From Pseudomonadota bacterium (GTDB lineage Bacteria > Pseudomonadota > Gammaproteobacteria > JAKBBU01), in assembly GCA_021808365.1 (NCBI GenBank), contig JAKBBU010000004.1:1-62423 (forward strand): DNA of 62,423 bases. Direction: 5' to 3'. Below the pieces are notes generated by a model. That model saw only the letters and a list, made by a program, of their open reading frames with translations, ran no database searches and had not been told where the DNA came from. How positions within the stretch are numbered: the first letter of the stretch is position 1; each line of letters opens with the position of its first letter. Made by a program: the position numbers and the translations under genes. Below are positions 34,852-44,760 of the stretch, one piece after another.

Positions 34852-34909
34852 GTCAAAGAGAAGGCTGCGCCAATGCCACAACACGCATTGGTGCAGCCTT
34901 CTCTTTGAC
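34852..34909. repeat. REP-like palindromic element, 58 bp
   Basis: gtcaaagagaaggctgcgccaatgc cacaacac gcattggtgcagccttctctttgac. The arms are 25 bp with 1 mismatch. It lies between the co-directional minus-strand genes folD and the permease. Confidence 0.9.
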
Positions 34910-34961
34910 CATTTAAATGTGTTAAATGGTATAAAGAGGGTATAGTAAATTGTAGGGAAAC

Positions 34962-35807
34962 TCAAATCGCCGAAGCCAACAATGTGTTTTCCAGCAACAT
35001 CGCAATCGTCATCGGTCCAATACCACCCGGAACTGGTGTAATCCAAGACGCTCGTTCTTTGGCTGTCTCAAAATCCAAATCCCCACGAACTTGCCCATCC
35101 TCAGTTCGGTGAATACCAATATCAACGACAATGGCACCCGATTTGATCCAGTCAGAATCAATCACACCCATTTTACCAGCAGCAACGATAAGCAAGTCTG
35201 CATTCTTAATATGTTCAGACAAATTTCGCGTTAACCGATGACAGGTTGTGACCGTACAACCTACAGACAATAATTCCAGCGCCATCGGTCGCCCCACGTG
35301 GTTGGAAGCTCCCACCACTGTTGCATTCAAACCGCGCAGTACAAGTCCATAATCATGTAACAAGGTGATCACACCAAAGGGCGTGCAAGACCGTAACAAG
35401 GGCCGTCTTTGGGCTAATCGACCCAAATTATAGGGATGAAATCCATCAACATCTTTATTAGGGTGGATCCGCTCGACAATCATGTCCTGATCAATATGCG
35501 CAGGAAGCGGGAATTGAACCAAAATCCCATGGATCGCCGGATTAGCATTAAGATCATCGATCAACGCTAATAATTCAAGCTGCGTCGTTTCTGCAGGCAA
35601 ATCAAACGATCGCGATACAAAACCCAATTCATTACAGGCCTTGCGTTTATTTTGCACATAAATTTGTGAAGCTGGATCCTGCCCTACCAAAACCACCGCC
35701 AAACCTGGCGCAGGAAGACCGGTTTCAAGCCGTGCCCGGACACGATGCGCAATGGAAGCGCGAATCTTCGCTGCAACCGTTTTTCCAGAAAGAAGTTGTG
35801 CTGTCAT
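34962..35807 (-). CDS. folD: Bifunctional methylenetetrahydrofolate dehydrogenase/cyclohydrolase
   Basis: The start was set at [16 protein letters not shown]. Typical FolD blocks are present ([51 protein letters not shown]). Confidence 0.9.
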   Translation of the reverse strand: MTAQLLSGKTVAAKIRASIAHRVRARLETGLPAPGLAVVLVGQDPASQIYVQNKRKACNELGFVSRSFDLPAETTQLELLALIDDLNANPAIHGILVQFPLPAHIDQDMIVERIHPNKDVDGFHPYNLGRLAQRRPLLRSCTPFGVITLLHDYGLVLRGLNATVVGASNHVGRPMALELLSVGCTVTTCHRLTRNLSEHIKNADLLIVAAGKMGVIDSDWIKSGAIVVDIGIHRTEDGQVRGDLDFETAKERASWITPVPGGIGPMTIAMLLENTLLASAI

Positions 35808-35897
35808 AGAGGGTTCCGTTAGATCTTTACCGAAGTATATCATCCTCTGCACAATCGGTGTAAAATTGACGATCTCGCAACAAACAATGTACAGTCT

Positions 35898-36878
35898 ATG
35901 AAGAGTACTCCTCTAGGTCCTGTGATGCTTGACGTCGCAGGGCTCGAATTGACGCAAGACGACCGTGAGCTATTGATGCACCCCATCATTGGGGGAGTCA
36001 TCTTATTCGCTCGCAATTATGAATCCCGAGCACAGGTCAGCTATTTGTGTAAAACCATTCGCGCACTTCGTAATCCACCCTTGTTGATCGCCGTTGATCA
36101 AGAGGGGGGGCGAGTACAACGCTTTCGTGAAGAATTCTCTTCACTACCCAGCTTAGGCGAACTCGGCAAAATTTATCAAAACAATCCCGTGCATGGAAAA
36201 AAATCTGCATTTGATGCTGCTGTACTGATGGCCAGCGAAGTCCTTTCTGTCGGTGTGGATTTAAGCTTTGCGCCAGTCCTTGATTTGAACATGGGAGTGA
36301 GTACAATCATTGGTGATCGTAGTTTTGGATCATCGCCCGATGTGATCATTGATCTCGCCTCATCCTATATCGATGGGCTCAACCAAGCCGGTATGGCCGC
36401 AACAGGCAAACATTTTCCTGGACATGGCTCAATCGCTGCAGATTCTCATCTGACGATTTTAAACGATGATCGCGATTTAGAAACCATCTTACACAATGAT
36501 TTACGTCCCTTCACAGCATTAGCATCAAAACTCGGCGGGATCATGCCTGCCCATATTGTTTATCCTCAAATTGATTCACTGCCTGCAGGATTTTCACCCA
36601 TTTGGCTCAAAACCATATTGCGTGAACGTCTTGGTTTCAAAGGATTAATTTTCAGCGACGACCTTTCCATGAAAGGTGCGAGCATTGTGTCGGATTATTC
36701 CGATCGTGCTCGAGCTGCACTTGAGGCAGGGTGTGACATGGTCCTTGTCTGCAATGATCGTCCTCATGCGATTGAGGTTGTTGAAGCCCTTGAATCACGA
36801 CGCCCTTCATCTGATTTAATCGACAAAATAAAATCGATGTATGGAAAACTTAAAGGAAACACCTATGGTACTCCCTGA
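35898..36878 (+). CDS. nagZ: Beta-N-acetylhexosaminidase NagZ
   Basis: Glycoside hydrolase family 3 N-domain with [21 protein letters not shown] and KHFPGHG. Confidence 0.9.
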   Translation: MKSTPLGPVMLDVAGLELTQDDRELLMHPIIGGVILFARNYESRAQVSYLCKTIRALRNPPLLIAVDQEGGRVQRFREEFSSLPSLGELGKIYQNNPVHGKKSAFDAAVLMASEVLSVGVDLSFAPVLDLNMGVSTIIGDRSFGSSPDVIIDLASSYIDGLNQAGMAATGKHFPGHGSIAADSHLTILNDDRDLETILHNDLRPFTALASKLGGIMPAHIVYPQIDSLPAGFSPIWLKTILRERLGFKGLIFSDDLSMKGASIVSDYSDRARAALEAGCDMVLVCNDRPHAIEVVEALESRRPSSDLIDKIKSMYGKLKGNTYGTP

Positions 36879-37425
36879 ACACATCAAAGACGTTTATCAA
36901 AAAGCAAAATGCCTCTACACCCATGCACAAATTGAGCAAGCACTCGATGAGATGGCCAGCTGTATCCACAATACGCTCGCAGAAGAAAATCCTTTAGTTC
37001 TCTGTGTTTTAATCGGTGGCTTAATACCCCTTGGAAATTTATTACACCGCCTCGATTTTCCTTTGGAGTTAGATTACGTTCATGTTACCCGTTATACCGG
37101 CGAAATTCGGGGTAGTGAATTACAATGGAAAGCAAAACCGGAGCGTCCAATTAAAGGCCGCACGATTTTAATTGTCGACGACATTCTTGATGCCGGTGTA
37201 ACGTTACAAGCCATCGCGGACTATTGTCATGCAGAAGGTGCAAAATCTGTTTACACCGCTGTTCTCGTAGATAAGCGAAATGCACGATTTCCTGAAGGAT
37301 TAAAACAAGCTGATTTTACAGGGCTTGAAGTTGATAATCGTTATGTATTTGGATACGGCATGGATTACAAAGAATATTTACGTAATGCCCCAGGCATTTA
37401 TGAGGTAGCATCGGAACATGAGTAA
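36865..37425 (+). CDS. hpt: Hypoxanthine/guanine phosphoribosyltransferase-like protein
   Basis: The PRPP-binding loop ILIVDDILDAGVTL is present. About 186 aa. The ORF could also start at 36841. Confidence 0.75.
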   Translation: MVLPEHIKDVYQKAKCLYTHAQIEQALDEMASCIHNTLAEENPLVLCVLIGGLIPLGNLLHRLDFPLELDYVHVTRYTGEIRGSELQWKAKPERPIKGRTILIVDDILDAGVTLQAIADYCHAEGAKSVYTAVLVDKRNARFPEGLKQADFTGLEVDNRYVFGYGMDYKEYLRNAPGIYEVASEHE

Positions 37426-38158
37426 AATAGCAATCATTGGCGGAACAGACCTCTGCGAATTAAAAAATCTTAAAACTACACGGCGTGAACATCGAACCAC
37501 GCCCTATGGTCTTTCTTCAGCACCGCTGAGTTATGGAACATTACACGGAAAGCACGTCGTTTTCATTGCACGGCATGGAGATGAATACACAATACCGCCG
37601 CATAAAATTAATTATCGCGCGAACATTTGGGCACTCAAAGATGCAGGTGTTGATCGCATTATTAGTATTTCGATCGTCGGAGGCATTCGTTCTGATATGA
37701 CACCCGGTCGTTTTGTGATCCCCGATCAATTAATTGATTACACGCATTTACGGGAACACACATTTTTTGATGGGCAAGACCAGATGATTCATCATATCGA
37801 TTTTAGATTGCCTTTTTCCGAGAATCTGCGACAAGTACTCATGAGCGCTGCCAATGATTTGGATTTAGACCCCAGTGATGAAGCAGTGTATGGTGTGGTT
37901 GAAGGCCCCCGCTTGCAAACCACGGCTGAAATTAATCGCATGGAAAAAGAAGGTTGCGATATTGTGGGATTAACTTTGATGCCAGAAGCCTCTCTTGCTC
38001 GTGAAGTTAATATCGATTACGCTTGCCTTGCCATTGTTGCAGGACGGGCCAGCGGCCGTGAAAATTCGGCATTTAGCATTGATGTGATTGGAAAAGTTTA
38101 TCAAGAAAGCCGCGAAAATGTGCATAGTTTATTGCAACAAGTTATTCACGACCTTTAA
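37418..38158 (+). CDS. Methylthioadenosine/methylthioinosine phosphorylase family (PNP/MTAP)
   Basis: 246 aa with IAIIGGT, ARHG, PHKINYRANIWALK and VGLTLMPEA. It is paired with a PRTase gene, as in the Pseudomonas MTI phosphorylase locus (from memory). Confidence 0.8.
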   Translation: MSKIAIIGGTDLCELKNLKTTRREHRTTPYGLSSAPLSYGTLHGKHVVFIARHGDEYTIPPHKINYRANIWALKDAGVDRIISISIVGGIRSDMTPGRFVIPDQLIDYTHLREHTFFDGQDQMIHHIDFRLPFSENLRQVLMSAANDLDLDPSDEAVYGVVEGPRLQTTAEINRMEKEGCDIVGLTLMPEASLAREVNIDYACLAIVAGRASGRENSAFSIDVIGKVYQESRENVHSLLQQVIHDL

Positions 38159-38165
38159 TTTTAAT

Positions 38166-38287
38166 AGAACGTTCAATGTTGAGCCAAGGTTGGACGAAAA
38201 ATTTTCGAAAAGGGGCGCAGTGTATAGGACATACATGAGCACTTTGAGGAAATTTTTCGTTCAAGATTGGCCAACAGTGGACGTTCT
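38166..38287. repeat. 122-bp palindromic MITE-like element with ~40-bp arms
   Basis: The left arm is agaacgttcaatgttgagccaaggttggacgaaaaattttc. The reverse complement of the right arm is agaacgtccactgttggccaatcttgaacgaaaaatttcc. It shares the motif ggttggacgaaaaatt with 49074-49089. Confidence 0.75.
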
Positions 38288-38299
38288 AAAGGAGAGAAA

Positions 38300-39748
38300 A
38301 TGTCCCACTCTATTTCAGATATTAATGAACGTCCTGACTTCGATCATGAATTAGTTGCAATCGCCGACTATGTTTTAAATACGCCCGTTAAAAGCCAAGA
38401 AGCGTATGAAACCGCGCGACATTGCCTGATGGACACCCTAGGTTGCGGTCTATTGGCACTGCGTTATCCTGAATGTACGAAATTACTCGGCCCTATTGTG
38501 AAAGGAACAATCACCCCACAAGGCGCACGCATACCAGGGACACAATTCGAATTAGATCCTGTGCAAGCTGCCTTTAATATTGGCACAATCATTCGCTGGC
38601 TTGATTTTAATGATACCTGGTTAGCAGCCGAGTGGGGCCATCCATCTGATAATTTAGGTGGTATTTTAGCGATTGCTGATTATTTAAGCCGCGTTGCAAT
38701 TTCAGAAGGCCGTCAACCTTTAAACATGCAACAAATTTTGACCGCGATGATCAAAGCGCACGAAATTCAGGGTGTTTTAGCGCTCGATAACAGTTTTAAT
38801 CGCGTAGGACTTGATCATGTGATCCTTGTGAAAGTTGCAACCACAGCTGTTGTCGCAACCTTGCTCGGCGCAAATAAAACGCAATTGCTTAATGCCCTTT
38901 CTTTAGCCTTTGTTGATGGGCAAAGCTTGAGAACCTATCGTCATGCTCCCAATACGGGTTCACGCAAATCGTGGGCTGCCGGTGATGCCACAAGTCGCGG
39001 TGTTCGTCTTGCACTCATGGCCATGCAAGGTGAAATGGGATACCCCAGCGTATTAACAGCACCTAAATGGGGATTCTACGACGTCCTCTTTAAGGGAAAC
39101 AAGTTTTCGTTTCAACGTCCTTATGGCAGTTATGTCATGGAAAACGTGTTATTTAAGATTTCATTTCCTGCAGAATTTCATGCACAGACAGCCGTTGAGT
39201 GCGCTGTGAAATTACATCCACACATTAAAGATCGTTTAAATGACATCGAAAAAATTGTATTAACCACGCATGAGTCGGCCATTCGAATCATCAGCAAAAC
39301 AGGCCCACTACATAATCCAGCTGATCGTGATCATTGTTTGCAATATATGACGGCGATCGGTTTAATTTTTGGAGGATTAACGGCTGACCATTATGAAGAT
39401 ATCGTGGCTGCTGATCCACGCATTGATATGCTACGTGAGAAGATGGTGGTTGTGGAAGATCCAAGTTTCAGCTGTGATTATTTGGACCCACAGAAACGTT
39501 CGATCACCAATGCGATTCAAATTTTCTTCCGCGATGGTCATTCCACCGATGTCGTTAAAGTTGAATACCCCATTGGCCATCGCCGCCGTCGTGCAGAAGG
39601 GATCCCTGTCTTGCTGGAAAAATTCAAAACAAATTTGGCTACGCGTTTCCCCCAAAAACAAGTCCAACGGATTTTTGATCTTTGTCAGAATCATGAAATG
39701 CTGTGTAAAACCACTGTGCCAGACTTTATGAAGTTGTGGGTGATTTAA
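38300..39748 (+). CDS. prpD: 2-methylcitrate dehydratase PrpD
   Basis: Long stretches look near-identical to my recollection of E. coli PrpD (GPIVx[47 protein letters not shown]; [20 protein letters not shown]). The start at 38300 follows the RBS aaggagag. Confidence 0.9.
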   Translation: MSHSISDINERPDFDHELVAIADYVLNTPVKSQEAYETARHCLMDTLGCGLLALRYPECTKLLGPIVKGTITPQGARIPGTQFELDPVQAAFNIGTIIRWLDFNDTWLAAEWGHPSDNLGGILAIADYLSRVAISEGRQPLNMQQILTAMIKAHEIQGVLALDNSFNRVGLDHVILVKVATTAVVATLLGANKTQLLNALSLAFVDGQSLRTYRHAPNTGSRKSWAAGDATSRGVRLALMAMQGEMGYPSVLTAPKWGFYDVLFKGNKFSFQRPYGSYVMENVLFKISFPAEFHAQTAVECAVKLHPHIKDRLNDIEKIVLTTHESAIRIISKTGPLHNPADRDHCLQYMTAIGLIFGGLTADHYEDIVAADPRIDMLREKMVVVEDPSFSCDYLDPQKRSITNAIQIFFRDGHSTDVVKVEYPIGHRRRRAEGIPVLLEKFKTNLATRFPQKQVQRIFDLCQNHEMLCKTTVPDFMKLWVI

Positions 39749-39749
39749 C

Positions 39750-39860
39750 AAAAAACCCCTCCGAAGAGGGGCCAAAGTGCTTTCAAAGCCATCGTTTTTA
39801 TTTTGTCTTGTTCTTGTTATTTAAGTTCATTGTACGGACCAAACCTTAAGGGAATATTAA
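39750..39860 (-). repeat. Copy C of the terminator-ending ~110-nt repeat module, directly downstream of waaA
   Basis: Its reverse complement reads ttaatattcccttaaggtttggtccgtacaatgaacttaaataacaagaacaagacaaaataaaaacgatggctttgaaagcactttggcccctcttcggaggggtttttt. Confidence 0.8.
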
Positions 39861-39874
39861 GAAACAAAAATAAT

Positions 39875-41140
39875 TTAAGAACCTAACAACTTCGCCACCT
39901 CATCCAGATGCCGCTCCAACGCACCGCGATTTCGCGCAACAACAGCACGGCCGCGTTCACCTACAGCAACACGTTCTGCAGGATCAGCAAACCAAGCTTC
40001 CACGCGCTTGGCGAGCTCATCGGCATCATTGACTTGAATCGTTGCTCTCTCTTCGCGCATGAGCCGAAAAATTTCGGTAAAATTGTGCATGTGCCCACCC
40101 GTAAGGCTGGGTACACCTAATGCTGCAGGCTCCAACAAATTATGTCCTCCAACAGGTATCAAGCTGCCTCCCACAAATGCCACATCAGACGTTGCATAAA
40201 ACAAAAGCAATTCGCCTAAAGTATCTCCAAGAAAGATCTGAATATCTTGGGTATAAGGCTCTATTTGACTGCGCCGCGCAATGCGAAAACCATATTTCTC
40301 GCAAAGCTCAGCCACTTTATCAAAACGTTCTGGATGACGTGGAACAAGAATTAACAGCGCCCGAGGATAATGTTCAAGGATTTTTGCAAACGCATCTAAA
40401 ACAATAGAATCCTCACCTTCATGCGTGCTCGCAGCAATCCACGTGGGTCGTCGCTTATCCCAAGAACTTCTTAGCACGTCTGCCCGCACTTGCAAATCGC
40501 TAGGTAATTCAAGATCAAATTTGATATTACCTAAAATACTTAACCGATCAGGGACAAGACCCAACCCTAAAAAACGTTCCCCATCTTCCTTCGTTTGTGC
40601 TCCAACACACTTCACCCATGAAAGCATGGACTGCGTCAGCATTTTAATTTTCGCGTACCCTTTTGACGATCGTGGCGAAAGACGCGCATTCGCGATCAAC
40701 AAAGGAATTCCACGTTTACCGCAGGCTGTCAATAAATTGGGCCAAAGTTCTGTTTCCATAATGATACCGATGGCTGGTTGAATACGATTTAAAAAACGTG
40801 CAACCGCATCAGGGATATCATAGGGCAGATAGACATGAAAAACGGTTTTTCCAAAGACTTGCTGAACACGTTCTGAGCCTGTGGGCGTCATTGTTGTCAC
40901 CGTGATCATTTTATCGGGGTAACGTTGTTGTAATTGGCGAATCAATGGAATCGCTGCAATTGTTTCACCAACAGAAACAGCATGCACCCAAATCCCTTGT
41001 GACTTAGGTGGTTTTTCAAAAAAGCCCAAACGTTCAGCCCACCGTAACCGATAAGCTGCATTTTTCCGACCTCGCCAGTAAAGCCTTAAAAAAACGAAGG
41101 GAAGAATCAGGTAAAAAACAAAACTGTAGATTAAACGCAC
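39875..41140 (-). CDS. waaA: 3-deoxy-D-manno-octulosonic acid (Kdo) transferase
   Basis: 421 aa. The N-terminal membrane anchor and ERLG motif (YRLRWAERLGF), together with HAVSVGE, are typical of WaaA/KdtA. Confidence 0.9.
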   Translation of the reverse strand: MRLIYSFVFYLILPFVFLRLYWRGRKNAAYRLRWAERLGFFEKPPKSQGIWVHAVSVGETIAAIPLIRQLQQRYPDKMITVTTMTPTGSERVQQVFGKTVFHVYLPYDIPDAVARFLNRIQPAIGIIMETELWPNLLTACGKRGIPLLIANARLSPRSSKGYAKIKMLTQSMLSWVKCVGAQTKEDGERFLGLGLVPDRLSILGNIKFDLELPSDLQVRADVLRSSWDKRRPTWIAASTHEGEDSIVLDAFAKILEHYPRALLILVPRHPERFDKVAELCEKYGFRIARRSQIEPYTQDIQIFLGDTLGELLLFYATSDVAFVGGSLIPVGGHNLLEPAALGVPSLTGGHMHNFTEIFRLMREERATIQVNDADELAKRVEAWFADPAERVAVGERGRAVVARNRGALERHLDEVAKLLGS

Positions 41141-41209
41141 TTTACAAAAGTCCTCGGTCAGGGAGTGAGGGCAACATTATCACATGTTTAATCTTCTCTC
41201 ACAAATCAC

Positions 41210-42661
41210 ATGTTTGACTTCCAGCATATGCGCAGTATGATATCTCCTATGAACAAAATTATTCTATCTCTACTAGCCCTTTGCCTACCCCAACTAAGCT
41301 TTGCACAAACAGCCTCTCCTACAGCATTTAGCCTGCAAGCAACCAACAGTACATTCGGGATCTTGGCGCTTGCCTTGTTTATCTTGGCTTATGCCTTTGT
41401 CATGGCCGAAGATATTATTCAACTGCGCAAATCTAAACCTGTTGTGTTTGCAGCAGGCGTGATTTGGCTCTTCGTAGCCTATATTGCGCAACAAAAAGGG
41501 CAAAGTACACAAATGCTCTCGGCGCTTGAAGCTTATATTTTAGATTATGCTGAACTTTTACTGTTCATTTTTGTTGCAATGACTTATATCAATGTGCTCA
41601 CCGATCGGCATGTTTTTGCTTTATTACGAGTTTGGTTGATCCGGCGCGGTTTTTCTTATCGACAACTTTTTTGGATCACAGGATTATTGGCTTTTTGCTT
41701 ATCGCCTATTGCAGATAATTTAACCACTGCACTGATCATGGGCGCTGTCGTCATTGCGCTTGGACAGGACAATCCGCGTTTTGTTTTATTAGGTTGCATC
41801 AATGTCGTTGTTGCGGCGAATGCCGGCGGTGCCTTTACTCCTTTTGGCGACATCACAACCTTGATGGTTTGGCAAAGTGGCGTGCTCCCCTTCCTCTCCT
41901 TTTTTAAGATTTTTCTTCCTTCGTTGATTAGCTATCTTGTTCCTGCAGTGGTCATGTCACTCACCTTACCCTATGGTGTACCTACAGCCGATGAAGAAAA
42001 AGTCACGCTAAAACCTGGGGCAATTATCGCGACTTTTTTATTCCTTGCGACCATTGCAACAGCAATTTGTGTTCATAACTACCTTCATCTTCCACCCATG
42101 ATCGGTATGATGCTTGGACTGGCTTATTTACAATTCCTTGCCTTCGGTCTACAACGTCGAGAAAAACGTTTATCCCATCGCCACTATGTTCTCGCACCCT
42201 TTAATATTTTTCATCACATGGAGCGAATTGAGTGGGATACGCTATTATTCTTCTATGGGGTGATTCTTGGGATCGGTGGTTTGGCAACTTTTGGTTATTT
42301 GGAATGGACGTCTCAGATCCTTTATTACAACCTGGGACAATCTCTGCCATCGATCTATCAAGCCGCACCCGCCAATACGATTGCGGGTCTTTTATCGGCG
42401 ATACTAGGTAATATTCCGATCATGTTTACCATTTTGACGATGAAACCACCCATGGCAGAAGGACAATGGTTGTTGGTGACGTTGACAGCAGGTATCGGTG
42501 GAAGTTTACTCTCCATTGGCTCCGCGGCAGGTGTTGCACTTATGGGGCAAGCGCGTGGCGTTTATACCTTCATGAGTCATTTAAAATGGACCTGGGTCAT
42601 TGCACTCGGTTATTTTGCGGCTATTGGTGTACATCTCTGGTTAAATGCGAGGACATTTTGA
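41210..42661 (+). CDS. Putative NhaD/ArsB-superfamily Na+/H+ antiporter
   Basis: 483 aa and polytopic (at least 10 TM helices), with a signal-like N-terminus. The family call rests on overall pattern only. Confidence 0.5.
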   Translation: MFDFQHMRSMISPMNKIILSLLALCLPQLSFAQTASPTAFSLQATNSTFGILALALFILAYAFVMAEDIIQLRKSKPVVFAAGVIWLFVAYIAQQKGQSTQMLSALEAYILDYAELLLFIFVAMTYINVLTDRHVFALLRVWLIRRGFSYRQLFWITGLLAFCLSPIADNLTTALIMGAVVIALGQDNPRFVLLGCINVVVAANAGGAFTPFGDITTLMVWQSGVLPFLSFFKIFLPSLISYLVPAVVMSLTLPYGVPTADEEKVTLKPGAIIATFLFLATIATAICVHNYLHLPPMIGMMLGLAYLQFLAFGLQRREKRLSHRHYVLAPFNIFHHMERIEWDTLLFFYGVILGIGGLATFGYLEWTSQILYYNLGQSLPSIYQAAPANTIAGLLSAILGNIPIMFTILTMKPPMAEGQWLLVTLTAGIGGSLLSIGSAAGVALMGQARGVYTFMSHLKWTWVIALGYFAAIGVHLWLNARTF

Positions 42662-43044
42662 TGTTTTATCCAAAAAGGATTTTAAGCGTTACAATAGTGA
42701 CTTTTTTATTGCTGGCAGGTTGTGCGAATATGCCATTACAGCCTGAGGCGCAAAATGTCGTGATCAGTGAGGATCCTGCAGCAGCCTCCTGTGAATACCG
42801 CGGTGATGTAAAAACAGATCAAGGTGATTTTTATACCGGTGTTTTAACACCAGCTTTTATGCTGAAGAAAAATGCGTCGTATGATCTTCGAAACCAAGCC
42901 ATGTCCATGGGTGCAAATTATATTGCGATCACAAAATTTGCAACCACGGAACCATTGACCTTGGGAACGGGTGGCCCAAATATTGCTTATCATATTCAGG
43001 GAAGTGCTTATCGTTGTCCGAACATTCATAAGAAGATGTTTTAA
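42661..43044 (+). CDS. Small lipoprotein (DUF4156-like)
   Basis: The start MFYPKRILSVTIVTFLLLAGC (lipobox LAGC) overlaps the upstream stop (TGATG). The longer ORF from 42466 is an out-of-frame read-through of the antiporter's 3' end. Confidence 0.6.
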   Translation: MFYPKRILSVTIVTFLLLAGCANMPLQPEAQNVVISEDPAAASCEYRGDVKTDQGDFYTGVLTPAFMLKKNASYDLRNQAMSMGANYIAITKFATTEPLTLGTGGPNIAYHIQGSAYRCPNIHKKMF

Positions 43045-43049
43045 CGCTA

Positions 43050-44411
43050 TCACTCAGCTTCTTTATAGGAACGTCCACGATGAACCCATAAGGTTGGAAT
43101 GACCGCAAAAAACACGATCCCGCTAATCAATAAAGCTTCATACATGACAATACTGCTTTTTTGAACGATCAAAGACGAAGGTAAAAACCCAAACATAAAC
43201 ACACTCAAACACGTTAGAAGACCTATGCCTGCAATGGGCGCAACTTTCCAAATATCTTTTCGTGCACACAGTTTTATCGCACTAGCAAATACTAATATCC
43301 ACATAAGCAAGGTCAATTGACTAAAAATACTCGTGATCAACCAATATGCACTGTTAAGCGTCGGCATCAATAAATACACCAGGCTTAATAAGGAAAATAA
43401 CATGGCTTGAACCAATAAAATCGAGCTCGGCGCACCGTGCCGATTTTCTCGCCTAAAAAACTTCGGTAATTGCCCAGATTGAGCGGCGATTAATAAACCT
43501 CGACTCGGGCTGATCAACCACACATTGACTTCAGCTAACACGCCAATGGCAATTAAAATAGATAAAAAAGGAATTAATCCGCTTAAATTAAATTGCTTTA
43601 AAAAAATTTGTAAGGCAACCATCAAACCACCAATCGCATCGACTTGATGCGGCGGCGTGACGATGGCAATCGACGAGGCACCCACAATGAGCAAAAATAA
43701 AATAATCAGTACAGCAAACAAAGTAGCTCTTGGATAATCACGTTGTAAATGGCTGGCGTTTTGCGAATGAAAGGCAACAGCTTGTATCCCCGATAAGCTG
43801 GTCATGATCGTCATTAAAAATGCGAGCGTATTAAAGTGTAAATTTGGAATTAAGGCATGCCATGAAAATATAATTTGCACAGGATGGCCTGTGAAGACCC
43901 AACCTAAAGCCAACCCAATGATCAATAAAGCTGGAATAAAAATTCCAAGCATCACACAGGCATTCACAAATTTACTGGAAATTTTTATCCCAAAATAATT
44001 CATGAAGGTTACACCCCAAAACAATATCAAGAGAAGTACAAACTGCAAACTATGTTGTTTTTCCAAATGAGGTAGGAAGGGAAGAAGACCCGCATACACG
44101 GCGAAGATCACCATAGCGGGAAAGGAAACAACCGTATTGATCCACTCGAACCAGATCCCAAGTAAGCCAAGCCGATCGCCAAAGGCTTCCCGCACCCAAG
44201 CATATAATCCACCCGCTTTTTTGATTTGGAGGGTAAGGCGATTCGAAACATAGGCGCTGGGCAAAAAAAAGGCCAGGGCAGCAATGCCATAAAGTGTGAT
44301 CACGCTCCAGCCATAGACAGCCACAATCGATAGACTTCGCAATGAGAAAACAGCCGCGACGGCGAGGAAGGCTAGCGAAAAGAAGCCTAGAATCTTTTCC
44401 TTTTTCTTCAT
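43050..44411 (-). CDS. APC-superfamily amino acid permease
   Basis: 453 aa with about 12 TM helices and a typical APC N-terminal pattern (LRSLSIVAVYGWS...). Confidence 0.65.
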   Translation of the reverse strand: MKKKEKILGFFSLAFLAVAAVFSLRSLSIVAVYGWSVITLYGIAALAFFLPSAYVSNRLTLQIKKAGGLYAWVREAFGDRLGLLGIWFEWINTVVSFPAMVIFAVYAGLLPFLPHLEKQHSLQFVLLLILFWGVTFMNYFGIKISSKFVNACVMLGIFIPALLIIGLALGWVFTGHPVQIIFSWHALIPNLHFNTLAFLMTIMTSLSGIQAVAFHSQNASHLQRDYPRATLFAVLIILFLLIVGASSIAIVTPPHQVDAIGGLMVALQIFLKQFNLSGLIPFLSILIAIGVLAEVNVWLISPSRGLLIAAQSGQLPKFFRRENRHGAPSSILLVQAMLFSLLSLVYLLMPTLNSAYWLITSIFSQLTLLMWILVFASAIKLCARKDIWKVAPIAGIGLLTCLSVFMFGFLPSSLIVQKSSIVMYEALLISGIVFFAVIPTLWVHRGRSYKEAE

Positions 44412-44440
44412 ATCCTTTCCTTCGCCCTAGGGCTGACTCC

Positions 44441-44468
44441 TTGACAATAAACCCAACAGCCGCCAGAA
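44441..44468 (+). promoter_or_regulatory. Possible tRNA-Met promoter (TTGACA-N16-CAGAAT)
   Basis: ttgaca lies at 44441-44446 and cagaat at 44463-44468. This is about 25 nt upstream of the tRNA 5' end. Confidence 0.35.
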
Positions 44469-44493
44469 TAACGCCTCTTTCGCAGCAAAAGCA

Positions 44494-44570
44494 AGGCTAT
44501 GTAGCTCAGTTGGTCAGAGCGCGGCACTCATAATGCTGAGGTCGGTGGTTCGAACCCACCCATAGCCACC
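44494..44570 (+). tRNA. tRNA-Met (anticodon CAT), elongator type. A tRNA-Ile2 (lysidine) identity cannot be excluded.
   Basis: The cloverleaf was folded by hand. Acceptor: GGCTATG/CATAGCC. D stem: GCTC/GAGC. Anticodon loop: CTCATAA. T arm: GGTGG TTCGAAC CCACC. The 3' CCA is encoded. Confidence 0.9.
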
Positions 44571-44666
44571 AATTAGGATTCTGTTAACGCTTAAAAAATA
44601 CAACTCGTTGAAAAATAAACAAAAATAATCCTATCGCACCCAAACCGACCATTTCACTAAAAATAA

Positions 44667-44695
44667 TTGACGATACAGGAATATTTTGGTAAAAT
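44667..44695 (+). promoter_or_regulatory. Sigma-70 promoter with extended -10 (TTGACG-N17-TAAAAT, TG at -15/-14) for the orphan 346-aa gene
   Basis: ttgacg lies at 44667-44672 and tggtaaaat at 44687-44695. This is about 65 nt upstream of the ATG at 44761. Confidence 0.5.
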
Positions 44696-44760
44696 ACTTC
44701 CACAATTGTGTTCCCTTAAATGTTGGGGACGTTTGTTAGAACAAAAAAGAGGTTCCCCAA

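Noticed and set aside
39393-39775. ORFs 39393-39731 (+) and 39431-39775 (-) overlapping the prpD 3' end
   Set aside because: The PrpD frame is strongly supported along its whole length. These are shadow ORFs.
42466-42660. Upstream part of ORF 42466-43044
   Set aside because: It is out of frame within the 3' end of the antiporter gene. The lipoprotein begins at the ATG at 42661, followed by a signal peptide and lipobox.
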